DNA of 64,000 nt from Candidatus Latescibacterota bacterium (GTDB lineage: Bacteria; Latescibacterota; UBA2968), in NCBI GenBank assembly GCA_965207885.1, contig OZ242311.1, positions 736,001 through 800,000 on the forward strand. Reading direction: 5' to 3'. The notes under the pieces were generated by a model. That model saw only the letters and a program-made list of their open reading frames with translations, was not told where the DNA came from and did not search any database. This document shows positions 39,876 to 48,099 of the stretch, piece by piece (position 1 is the stretch's first letter; every line of letters starts with the position of its first letter). Position numbers and translations under genes: made by a program.

Positions 39876-39968
39876 ATGGATGTTCAATTTTGGGCATTGA
39901 TCTGGGTGGGGGTTGTGGTTATTGTGCTGGGTGTGCTGTTGTATTATGTGATTAAGTCTTATAAATAA
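39876..39968 (+). CDS. Small single-TM protein (30 aa), below ORF-track cutoff
   Basis: MDVQFWALIWVGVVVIVLGVLLYYVIKSYK; RBS GGGGAGG; fills gap between co-oriented genes. Confidence 0.6.
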   Translation: MDVQFWALIWVGVVVIVLGVLLYYVIKSYK

Positions 39969-39984
39969 TCAGGGGATTTATCCG

Positions 39985-41556
39985 ATGGTAGAAGTGCAGC
40001 AATATGCAGTGTGCGATTTTGAATTGTATGCGGATGTGGGTGATAAGAATCCATTTGCGGTGGAAGTGACGGCAACTTTTACACACGAACTGGGCGGGGT
40101 GGTTGAAAATCTGCCCGGTTTTTTTGATGGGGATAAGTGGGTTGTCCGTTTTAGTCCGGGTGCAGAAGGTGTTTGGACGGGGTGTTCTCGGTCTGAGCTT
40201 TCGGGTCTGGATGGGGCTGAGTGGCATGTGCAGTGTGTGGCAAATGAGAATCGCGATGTGCATGGTTTGCTGGGTATTGATCCGGAATACCCACAGCGGT
40301 TTGCCTGGTCTGATGGTGCGCCGTTTTTATATCTGGGTTTTGAGTGCGATTGGTTGTTCAGCTATCACCAGGCAGATGCGGCGCGGTGTTATGGTCATGT
40401 CGATCTGGTTGCGAGCCGGGGGTTCAATTGTTTTGTTATGAATTTATATGCCCATACGGGTTTTGGTTCGCGACCGAATGACGATACGCGCCCTGTGTTG
40501 CCCGAGTACCTTTTTGGTCCACCGGAGATGTATTTGTTCGAGGGCACGAATGATGCGCCGGATCACGATCGGATGAATATCGATTTTTTTCGCGATTTTG
40601 ATCGCTTGATGCGCTATTTGCACGGGAAGGGGATTGTGGTTCATCTGATGTTGCAGGTGCAAAATAAGCAGGTGAATTGGCCGGCGCGCGAGACAGACGC
40701 AGACGATCGGTTCTGGCGCTATGCGGTTGCGCGGTACCAGGCTTTTGGGAATGTGATCTGGGATGTGGGCAAGGAGAGCAAGAATCTGTATCGGGAGATG
40801 GGCGATCACGATTATGTTCTGGATCGTATGGATATTATTCGCGGGGCGGATGCGTATGGGCATTTGCTGACGGTACACGATGTTGAACTCCGAAATGCGG
40901 GTACGCTGTCTGAACCGGATCGCCAGTCGGATTTTGTGACGGATCAGGTGCATTTGTCCGATGCGGCGCGCTATAATCGGGAGGCGATTCGCAGGATGCG
41001 GAATTCGGGTACGCCTTATGTGAATGTGGAGTACGGGTATGAGCTTGCCGAGGAACAACTCAAGACTTATCGCGGGCGCACGACTGCCGAATGGGATGAT
41101 ATTTTGAAGTGGACGTGGGCGATTTATGCGGCAGGCGCATATCCGTGTTATTATTACGACAATACGTCGTGGGATTTGATCAAGTTTGAGCCGGTGCCAG
41201 AGAGCTGGATGAGGTATCGGGAGTTGCGGGATTTTTTGGAGGGGCTACCGTTTAATCAGATGGTTGGGGATAATGAATATGTGGAGCGCGGTCTTTGTCT
41301 GGCGCTGGCGGGAGATGCGTATTTGGTGTATCTGCCCGAGGGGGGCGATACGCGTATTGATTTGTCCGATGTGCAGGAGGAGACGCCGATAGCGGTGGAT
41401 TGGATGGCGATTTTGACGGGTGAACGGAGCGGTGGAGAGATGAAAAAGTCGAGTGATTGGGGTGGGTTTAATACCGATTTGGTCAATCCGTTTAGCGATA
41501 AGGATCAGCCGTGTGTTGTGGGTTTATGGGTGGGAGGAAAGGGAGCTATACGGTAG
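39985..41556 (+). CDS. DUF5060/DUF4038 (apiosidase-like) glycoside hydrolase-like protein
   Basis: NPF..V.A.F, GFFDG.KW.VRF, RYAVARYQAFGNVIWD, VNVEYGYE. Confidence 0.75.
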   Translation: MVEVQQYAVCDFELYADVGDKNPFAVEVTATFTHELGGVVENLPGFFDGDKWVVRFSPGAEGVWTGCSRSELSGLDGAEWHVQCVANENRDVHGLLGIDPEYPQRFAWSDGAPFLYLGFECDWLFSYHQADAARCYGHVDLVASRGFNCFVMNLYAHTGFGSRPNDDTRPVLPEYLFGPPEMYLFEGTNDAPDHDRMNIDFFRDFDRLMRYLHGKGIVVHLMLQVQNKQVNWPARETDADDRFWRYAVARYQAFGNVIWDVGKESKNLYREMGDHDYVLDRMDIIRGADAYGHLLTVHDVELRNAGTLSEPDRQSDFVTDQVHLSDAARYNREAIRRMRNSGTPYVNVEYGYELAEEQLKTYRGRTTAEWDDILKWTWAIYAAGAYPCYYYDNTSWDLIKFEPVPESWMRYRELRDFLEGLPFNQMVGDNEYVERGLCLALAGDAYLVYLPEGGDTRIDLSDVQEETPIAVDWMAILTGERSGGEMKKSSDWGGFNTDLVNPFSDKDQPCVVGLWVGGKGAIR

Positions 41557-41791
41557 AAAGTGCCTGTTGGTTTTGTATGAGTATATTCGGGTTGGGATTT
41601 TTATTGGGTACTGGGAGTCCCTGTTCTTTCAAGAGTTCAACATGTTCTTCCATTCCCCATTTTGCTTTGAACAGGCAATCTTCAATGGAATGTCCAACTC
41701 CTGTAAAACCTTCCAGTTCTGGGGAGTAAAAGCCAAAGAAATCCGGCTCTTCTGTGGCTTCAATGACTAATGAGTAGGGTAGATCAAGCAT
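41546..41791 (-). CDS. hicB: HicB-family antitoxin (short, no DNA-binding domain)
   Basis: YSPELEGFTGVGHSIEDC, LLKEQGLPVP. Confidence 0.8.
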   Translation of the reverse strand: MLDLPYSLVIEATEEPDFFGFYSPELEGFTGVGHSIEDCLFKAKWGMEEHVELLKEQGLPVPNKNPNPNILIQNQQALSTV

Positions 41792-41801
41792 TGTTATGTT
41801 C

Positions 41802-41993
41802 CTACGGACGTTTAATTCCTGCGGCTTTCACTATAGCATGATAAGTGCCTGTTGGGACTTCCTTTGATCCGTGATAATCCACGCGAACGAGTTTATCCCA
41901 GCCAGGTTTTCCGTAATATCGAATAGAGCCTTTTTGTTTTACAATTCTAAAGCCATTCTTTGTGAGGAGCCTCACCAGTTCGCTGAATTTCAA
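41802..41993 (-). CDS. hicA: HicA-family toxin
   Basis: ELVRLL..NGF....KGS, H.SKEVP.GT...I.K.AG; upstream of hicB. Confidence 0.78.
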   Translation of the reverse strand: MKFSELVRLLTKNGFRIVKQKGSIRYYGKPGWDKLVRVDYHGSKEVPTGTYHAIVKAAGIKRP

Positions 41994-42086
41994 GAATTAT
42001 TCCTGTGTATCGAATTGGAGAGCGGTCTATTTTATTCAAAATACGGATTATTGAAACAAGAGTCAATAATCCGATTTGGATCTGCC

Positions 42087-42932
42087 ATGAGCATTGATCG
42101 ATATTTTTTGGGCTGTCCGATTTGGGGCAATAAAGAGTGGGTGGGCGAGTTGTTTGCGCCCGATGTTGTGCAAAAAGATTTTTTGCGACAGTACGCCTCT
42201 GTGTTTAATACTGTGGAGGGTAATACCACTTTTTACGGTTTGCCTTCGGATAAAGCCGCGATGCGCTGGCTGGCTGATACGCCGTCGGGTTTTCGCTTTG
42301 CGCTCAAGTTTCCGCGTGCGATTAGCCACGATAAGCGGTTGCGAAATGCCGAGTTGGAGACGGCCGCGTTTATAGATGTTCTCACGGTATTACAGGATCG
42401 GGTGGGTCCGTCATTTTTGCAGTTGCCGCCGTCTTATGGGCCAGCTGACTTGCCGGTGTTGGACAGGTATTTGGATGCGTTGCCCGATACATTTTCTTAT
42501 GCTGTGGAGATTCGGCACCATCTGTTTTTTGCCGAGGCAGAAAATGAGTTGAATGCGGTGCTCAAAAGCCATGGGGTGGATCGCGTGGTGTTTGATACGC
42601 GTGGGGTGCATAGTGCGCAAGTAGCAAGTAACAAGCCAAAGGTCCCCGTTCGGTTTCTTGCGACGGGGCGTTTTCCTTTTGTGAGGTTTGTCGGGCATCC
42701 GGAGGTTGACGAGAATCTGCCGCTTCTGGCGGAGTGGGTGCCGGTGGTTGCCAATTGGATACGCGAGGGGCGAACGCCGTTTGTGTTTATGCATGCGCCC
42801 GATGATTTTTACGCGCCGCAGTTGGCGCGCCATTTTCATCAGATGTTGTCCAGAGATATAGATGTCGGCGAGATGCCGTCCTGGCCCGCAGAACAGGGCG
42901 AAGAGGAGCCTGTGCAGATGGATTTGTTTTGA
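42087..42932 (+). CDS. DUF72 (YecE) family protein
   Basis: FNTVEGNTTFY, FALKFP, FLQLPP, VEIRH, VFMHAPD. Confidence 0.9.
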   Translation: MSIDRYFLGCPIWGNKEWVGELFAPDVVQKDFLRQYASVFNTVEGNTTFYGLPSDKAAMRWLADTPSGFRFALKFPRAISHDKRLRNAELETAAFIDVLTVLQDRVGPSFLQLPPSYGPADLPVLDRYLDALPDTFSYAVEIRHHLFFAEAENELNAVLKSHGVDRVVFDTRGVHSAQVASNKPKVPVRFLATGRFPFVRFVGHPEVDENLPLLAEWVPVVANWIREGRTPFVFMHAPDDFYAPQLARHFHQMLSRDIDVGEMPSWPAEQGEEEPVQMDLF

Positions 42933-43044
42933 TAAAAACTGTTTTTCTTTTTTTACCCTGTCGAAAAAAATTGACTTTTGGAAATTTCAGGTTCATTTAT
43001 GTTTGTGTTAAAAAATATTCATCTGTTTCAAAAGGAGAAGCCTT

Positions 43045-43902
43045 ATGGATGCGCGCGAGCGATATTTCTGGGATTTGACGGGATACCTCGTCGTGAAAGG
43101 CGTGTTGTCAAAGGAGGAGGTTGCACGGGCGAATGATATTGTGGATCGCTACTGGGATCGGGTTGAGGTCGGCGGTTCAACGGCGAGGAAGTCGGTTGCT
43201 TTTGCCGGTACGGGACGTCCTATGTTGCCCGGTATTCTCGAGTTTCCAAAACCCGATTGCGATCCTTTCAGGGAGATGCTGGCACATCCGGTGCTGGTGC
43301 AGTATCTCAATGTGATGTGTGGCAAGGGTTTTCGGCTGGATCACGGTCCGATGTTTATTGTGAGTAATAAGGGTACGGCAGGCCATACGATGCACGGGAA
43401 TGGCGAGCCACATCGGCCGTATGTTGCGTATCACCATCAGAATGGCAAGCCGTGGGTGGGTGGTGTGACTGTGGCGTGGCAGTTGCACGATTGCGAGGAG
43501 GGTATGGGGGGATTTGCCTGTGTGCCATCGAGCCATAAGTCGATGTTTCCGATGCCCAAAGGTGTGAGTACAGGAGACGACGATATGGGCTTGATCAAGC
43601 AGCCAGTGGTGGAGGCTGGCGATGTTGTCTTTTTTATGGATAGCGCGCAATCACACGGGGCAACGCCGTGGAAGCTGGATACGACGCGGCGGTCCATTTT
43701 GTTCAAATACACAGCGCGCACATGTGTGCGCAGCGGTCTTGCACGGGAGGTGTCGCCGCCTGAGATTTATTGGGATCGAGAAATTGTCGAGGATATGACG
43801 CCCGAGCAGTTGTCGGTTATGTATGGTCCTTATTCCAATCACAGGGGCCGCGTGCCGTCTCTGGAGGTCTGTGATGATGGGGTCGTGCGGATAGAGGCGT
43901 AG
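43045..43902 (+). CDS. PhyH-fold Fe/2OG enzyme, HxN variant
   Basis: RYFWDLTGYLVV, FRLDHGP, MHGNG, SHG..PW, RRSILFKY. Confidence 0.85.
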   Translation: MDARERYFWDLTGYLVVKGVLSKEEVARANDIVDRYWDRVEVGGSTARKSVAFAGTGRPMLPGILEFPKPDCDPFREMLAHPVLVQYLNVMCGKGFRLDHGPMFIVSNKGTAGHTMHGNGEPHRPYVAYHHQNGKPWVGGVTVAWQLHDCEEGMGGFACVPSSHKSMFPMPKGVSTGDDDMGLIKQPVVEAGDVVFFMDSAQSHGATPWKLDTTRRSILFKYTARTCVRSGLAREVSPPEIYWDREIVEDMTPEQLSVMYGPYSNHRGRVPSLEVCDDGVVRIEA

Positions 43903-43925
43903 TATAAGAATAGGAGCGTTTTACC

Positions 43926-44795
43926 ATGGGTAATAATCTTTATACAGTGAGCGAAGAGGAGAAGTACTTTTTTGATTTGCGCGGCTATCTGGTCGTGCGG
44001 GGTGCTCTGTCTGCGGATGAGGTCAAGGCGTGTAATGATGCGATTGATCACTATGGGGATGAGATCAGGACGCGGTCTATTGAAGATGGCGGCCTGGCGC
44101 GGGGTTCGTCCGTGCTTACGGGGAAAGAGGGCAGGCGCGAGCTTACGGGTATGTTGGGCTGGCCCGAACCCTATCGCGAGCCGTTTCGGAAGTTGCTGGT
44201 TCATCCGGTTGTGGTGAGTCGTTTGAATGAGTTTAGCGGTAAGGGTTTTCGCCTGGATCACGGACCCCTGTTGATTAGCGCGCACAAAGGAGCAGAAGGT
44301 CATACACTGCACGGCGGTGGCGAGCCGTTTAGCCAGTCGGTGTGGTATCACCAGCAGAATGGGAAGATTTTTTGTCGGGGTATTACAGTGGCGTGGCAAT
44401 TGACGGATGTGAATGAGGGCGATGGTGGTTTTGCCTGTGTGCCAGGGAGCCATAAGACTGCGGAGCCGACACCTGCTGAGGTGCGTTCTGTAGAGGACGA
44501 TATGGGGCTGGTTTATCAACCGGTGATGAAGGCGGGCGATGTGCTATTTTTTGCGGAGACGATGACGCATGGTACGCTGCCGTGGTGCAGCGATGGGGAG
44601 CGGCGTTCTGGGCTTTATAAGTACGCTTCTCGCGCAGCGGCTCGCGCTGTGGGTAAGTATTTTACGCCCGAGGATCGCTATGGCGATTGGGTCAGTGAAT
44701 TGACGCCTGAACAACAAGCGGTTTTGTACGGTCCCGGGGTTCACGGCCAGTTGCCCCTGCTGGAGTCCGATGGCGAAACAACGCGGGTTGTGTAG
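43926..44795 (+). CDS. PhyH-fold Fe/2OG enzyme, HxG variant
   Basis: KYFFDLRGYLVV, FRLDHGP, LHGGG, VPGSHK, THGTLPW. Confidence 0.85.
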   Translation: MGNNLYTVSEEEKYFFDLRGYLVVRGALSADEVKACNDAIDHYGDEIRTRSIEDGGLARGSSVLTGKEGRRELTGMLGWPEPYREPFRKLLVHPVVVSRLNEFSGKGFRLDHGPLLISAHKGAEGHTLHGGGEPFSQSVWYHQQNGKIFCRGITVAWQLTDVNEGDGGFACVPGSHKTAEPTPAEVRSVEDDMGLVYQPVMKAGDVLFFAETMTHGTLPWCSDGERRSGLYKYASRAAARAVGKYFTPEDRYGDWVSELTPEQQAVLYGPGVHGQLPLLESDGETTRVV

Positions 44796-44945
44796 AAGTT
44801 ATCAGCAGTCAGCGGTCAGCAGTCAGGAAATCAGAGGTTTTAGAGCCGTCATTGCGGCAGGGTTCAAGCCGCAATCCAGAGGGTGTGGATGGGTGGGGTG
44901 CTGAAAGCTGATGGCTGAAAGCTGATCGCTCACAAGGAGCAAACG

Positions 44946-45845
44946 ATGGATGCCAGAGAGCGATACTACTGGGATGTGACGGGACATCTGGTGGTGCGCG
45001 ATGTTCTGTCGCAGGAAGAATTGGATGCGGTGAACAATGTGTTGGATTACGTCATTGGCACTGGTATTGTTCACCAGAGTGAGGATAATCACGGGGCAGC
45101 AGATTCTACGTTTTTGCGGGGGACGGGTTCGCGCTGGGTACACGGTACCAGTTTGCTGGAGTTGCCCCTGCCGTATTGCGATCCTGTTCGCAATTTGCTG
45201 GCTCATCCGGTTGTTGTGAAGTATTTGAATGTGATGTGTGGGAAGGGTTTCAGGCTGGATCACGGTCCCCAGTTCAATAATGCGGTGAAGGGTACGGCGG
45301 GTCTGGTCATGCACGGCGCGGGGGAGCCGCATCGAGAATATGTGGCTTATCACCATCAGAATGGCGAGATGTATTGCGGCGGGGTGACTGTGACGTGGAA
45401 TTTGACGGATTGTCCAGCGGGTAAGGGGGGATTTGCTTCGGTGCCCGGGTCACATAAGTCGAAGTTTCAGATGCCGATTGGGGTTCGCAATTGCGATGAG
45501 GATATGGGTGCGGTTGCCAATCCGGGGATTCGAGCCGGCGATGTGCTGTTTTTTATGGATGGGGCGCAATCCCACGGTACGCATCCGTGGCAAAATGATC
45601 ACGACCGCAGGTCTATTCTTTTTAAGTACGCTTCCCGCACAGCGACGCGACAGGGTCCGTCGAATGCGGTTTGTCATCCCGAGATATTTTGGGATCGGGA
45701 TATTGTAGATGGGATGTCGATGGAGGAGCGCGCGGTGATGTACGGTCCGTGTTCTGCACCGCCGAGCGATGAGATGTTTCTGGTGGTTGAAGATGATGGT
45801 GCGGTTCGGCTGGAGAATACGCGGGATCAACAGGCTGCGGATTGA
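44946..45845 (+). CDS. PhyH-fold Fe/2OG enzyme, HxA variant
   Basis: RYYWDVTGHLVV, FRLDHGP, MHGAG, VPGSHK, SHGTHPW. Confidence 0.85.
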   Translation: MDARERYYWDVTGHLVVRDVLSQEELDAVNNVLDYVIGTGIVHQSEDNHGAADSTFLRGTGSRWVHGTSLLELPLPYCDPVRNLLAHPVVVKYLNVMCGKGFRLDHGPQFNNAVKGTAGLVMHGAGEPHREYVAYHHQNGEMYCGGVTVTWNLTDCPAGKGGFASVPGSHKSKFQMPIGVRNCDEDMGAVANPGIRAGDVLFFMDGAQSHGTHPWQNDHDRRSILFKYASRTATRQGPSNAVCHPEIFWDRDIVDGMSMEERAVMYGPCSAPPSDEMFLVVEDDGAVRLENTRDQQAAD

Positions 45846-45916
45846 GTAGGGGCGGTGCCCCCGTATAAAGTCACTACGGGGCAGGCTCCCGTTTGTCATC
45901 GCGGCATGATTAAAGC

Positions 45917-45958
45917 AGAGGCTCCTGGAGATGCGATCTTCAGGAGCCTTTTATTTTT
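45917..45958. terminator. Probable terminator between convergent genes
   Basis: AGGCTCCTGGAGA-tgcga-TCTTCAGGAGCCT followed by T-rich run. Confidence 0.7.
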
Positions 45959-47498
45959 ACTCCGCATATTGATTGGCGAAGATGATAAAGTCGGTAAAGT
46001 TGATGTGTCCATCTCCGTTGAGGTCAAAGTGTCGCTGATAGCTGGTGTCGCCCCGGTTCAGGCCAAAGTTCTGGACGAATAGGAGAAAGTCGGCGAAGTC
46101 CCGTTGTCCATTGCCATTGAAGTCTATGCTTATTTCGCCGCCCCTGCCAACGGTGAGGGCGATGTTTTCGTCGCCTATTTGGTAGGGTATGTATTCCATG
46201 ACCGCCAGGAGCATTTCATCGGTGGTTTTGTCGCCCCATGTCAAGTTGCGGGGGGGATAATTGGGGTTGAGTGGGTTGTTTGTGGTGTTGTCGTAGGTGG
46301 TGATGGCGTGGATTTGGGATCCCGCAGCTATTTTTTGATATTGGGTGAAGGTGTAATTGCCCTGCCAGTTAAAATCCCAGTCCTGGATACGGATGAGGTT
46401 GGTGCGGTTGCCCTGTGGGTCCGTGGCATAGATTTCCCAGGATTTGCCCAATAAGTGCATGTGGGGATAGATGGACAGGAGGCTGATGTCCCGATTGATG
46501 AAGAGTGTTGTGCGAAATGTTTTGATTTGATCTTTCGGGATGACAAAGAGGTCGTCGATTTTGATTTTTTCTACGGGGGTGCCGCCGTGTCGCTCCTCCC
46601 CGAGCAGGACTCTGAATATTCTGCTCAGTGTTTTACCGTCGGTGGTGAGCGGTGCAAAGCTGATAAAGCCCACTTCTCTTTCGATGGGTTCTTTTTTGAA
46701 GAATATGTTGATGCTGGATTGATCGGATTCTGCAAGGGGCCAGGGTGCGTAGTGTACCTGGATCAGTAAGTCGGAGTTTTTGGGCAGTATGTGTCCAACG
46801 CCTTTGGGATATATCGGGGGTTTTGCGCCGGGTGTATATCCGGGGAGGACAACAGCGGTTGGCGCGCCGAATGCACCAAAGGATTCGTAACCGTATTCTT
46901 CCGGGGTTTCGAGGTCTCTTTGGCGGGCAGTGCCCGTGATGTCGGCGCCGATGAGGGCGTGGTGAACGATTCTGCTGTTGCCGGGGCGAAATTCAACGGC
47001 TTCGACTTCCCGGTCTTCTGTGAGGTGGGTTGGGATGACAAAGACCTGGTACTGGTCCTCGTTGTCGCCGCGGATTGTAAAGGGTTCTGCCATTGTGAGT
47101 ACGAGGTCGGGGGTGCCGAGTACAGAGCCTGTTGGAAATTCCGGCATGGGTGCTTCAAGGGCGATATCGCCCTGGGGAAAGCCGGCGTTGACCCAATTTG
47201 AGATGGTGTTGATTTCTGTTTTGGTGAGTGTTCTCGCGCCGATGTGCTGGCTGTAGTTGTAATCGGGTTTCCACGGGGGCATGTACTGGGTTTCTGTGAC
47301 GTATTTGATCATGTCTGCATATGCCGCGATTTCGCTGTAATTTGTGAGGGGCATAGGCCCTATTTCACCGTTGCGATGACACGATGTGCAGTTGTTGTAT
47401 ATGATTGACGAGACGTGTTCGCTAAAGGTGGGGGCTTTCGCGTGCGGCGAGGCAACGGCGAGGAGGATCGCGAGTATGGAGAGGGTAAGTGGTCGCAT
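45957..47498 (-). CDS. Secreted cytochrome c + copper type II (PHM/DBH-like) monooxygenase with C-terminal EF-hand/dockerin-like tag
   Basis: CTSCH heme motif, IVHHA, PHMHLLG, WDFNWQ, DEM; DFNGNGQRDFADF/DLNGDGHINFTDF. Confidence 0.82.
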   Translation of the reverse strand: MRPLTLSILAILLAVASPHAKAPTFSEHVSSIIYNNCTSCHRNGEIGPMPLTNYSEIAAYADMIKYVTETQYMPPWKPDYNYSQHIGARTLTKTEINTISNWVNAGFPQGDIALEAPMPEFPTGSVLGTPDLVLTMAEPFTIRGDNEDQYQVFVIPTHLTEDREVEAVEFRPGNSRIVHHALIGADITGTARQRDLETPEEYGYESFGAFGAPTAVVLPGYTPGAKPPIYPKGVGHILPKNSDLLIQVHYAPWPLAESDQSSINIFFKKEPIEREVGFISFAPLTTDGKTLSRIFRVLLGEERHGGTPVEKIKIDDLFVIPKDQIKTFRTTLFINRDISLLSIYPHMHLLGKSWEIYATDPQGNRTNLIRIQDWDFNWQGNYTFTQYQKIAAGSQIHAITTYDNTTNNPLNPNYPPRNLTWGDKTTDEMLLAVMEYIPYQIGDENIALTVGRGGEISIDFNGNGQRDFADFLLFVQNFGLNRGDTSYQRHFDLNGDGHINFTDFIIFANQYAE

Positions 47499-47502
47499 GG
47501 CT

Positions 47503-48030
47503 TTATTCCTTTGTATTTTGCCATGAGGTTATGATGCAGCCAATGGCCCGGGTCTGGCGAAATGCCGGGGGTTTTTCGTCCTTTAGAGAATTCAGTACAT
47601 CTGTGAGGTCGTGTTCGGTGACGATGCGGCGTCTTTTGCCCAGGCTCGCAAAGGTGTTGTCAATGCGCCCTCGATAGATGGCGGTGTGCGATGTGTCGGC
47701 AACGACGACTTCTGGCGTGATGGTTGCTCCCAGTCGGTTCACCCATGTGTGGGTGGCGTCCCCGATACAGGTGAATGGCAAGGCGTATTTTTCTTTGAAC
47801 GCGGCAATTGTGGCTGGCGTGGAGAGTCGATTGGGGAATACGCCGATGAATTCGAGTTTTTCAGATGCGTACTGCGCGTGCAATTTTTTGAGTGTTAAGG
47901 TGTAATGCCGCGAGACCGGACAGGTTTCTCCCATAAAGATATAAATTTTATACGGCGCACACAACCCCGTTCCGGATGAGAGGAGGAGGGCGACCGCAAT
48001 ACAGAAGATTTTAGTTGTTATCTTATGCAT
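47503..48030 (-). CDS. Secreted redoxin (AhpC/TSA-like) protein
   Basis: ETCPVS, ATITPE, YRGRIDN, AIGCII. Confidence 0.8.
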   Translation of the reverse strand: MHKITTKIFCIAVALLLSSGTGLCAPYKIYIFMGETCPVSRHYTLTLKKLHAQYASEKLEFIGVFPNRLSTPATIAAFKEKYALPFTCIGDATHTWVNRLGATITPEVVVADTSHTAIYRGRIDNTFASLGKRRRIVTEHDLTDVLNSLKDEKPPAFRQTRAIGCIITSWQNTKE

Positions 48031-48099
48031 CAATAATCCTATGAATAGTGCTGTCATCGCGTCAGGAGTAAAGCCGCGATCCAGTGGTTTTGGTTGTTA

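Larger units (their letters stand above)
845..48084 (+). repeat. Dispersed CGTC-type REP palindrome (C/T)GTCAT(C/T)GCGGC-N8-10-GCCGC(G/A)ATCCAG
   Basis: Copies at 845, 2769, 5481, 7491, 8218, 16859, 19196, 22693, 24210, 25836, 32097, 33389, 44847, 45895 (partial), 48053; different-stem variant inverted at 16821-16848. Confidence 0.92.

Noticed and set aside
845-48084. Palindromic ~32-bp repeats as a CRISPR array
   Set aside because: Copies are dispersed kilobases apart with no regular spacers and no cas genes; they fit REPs
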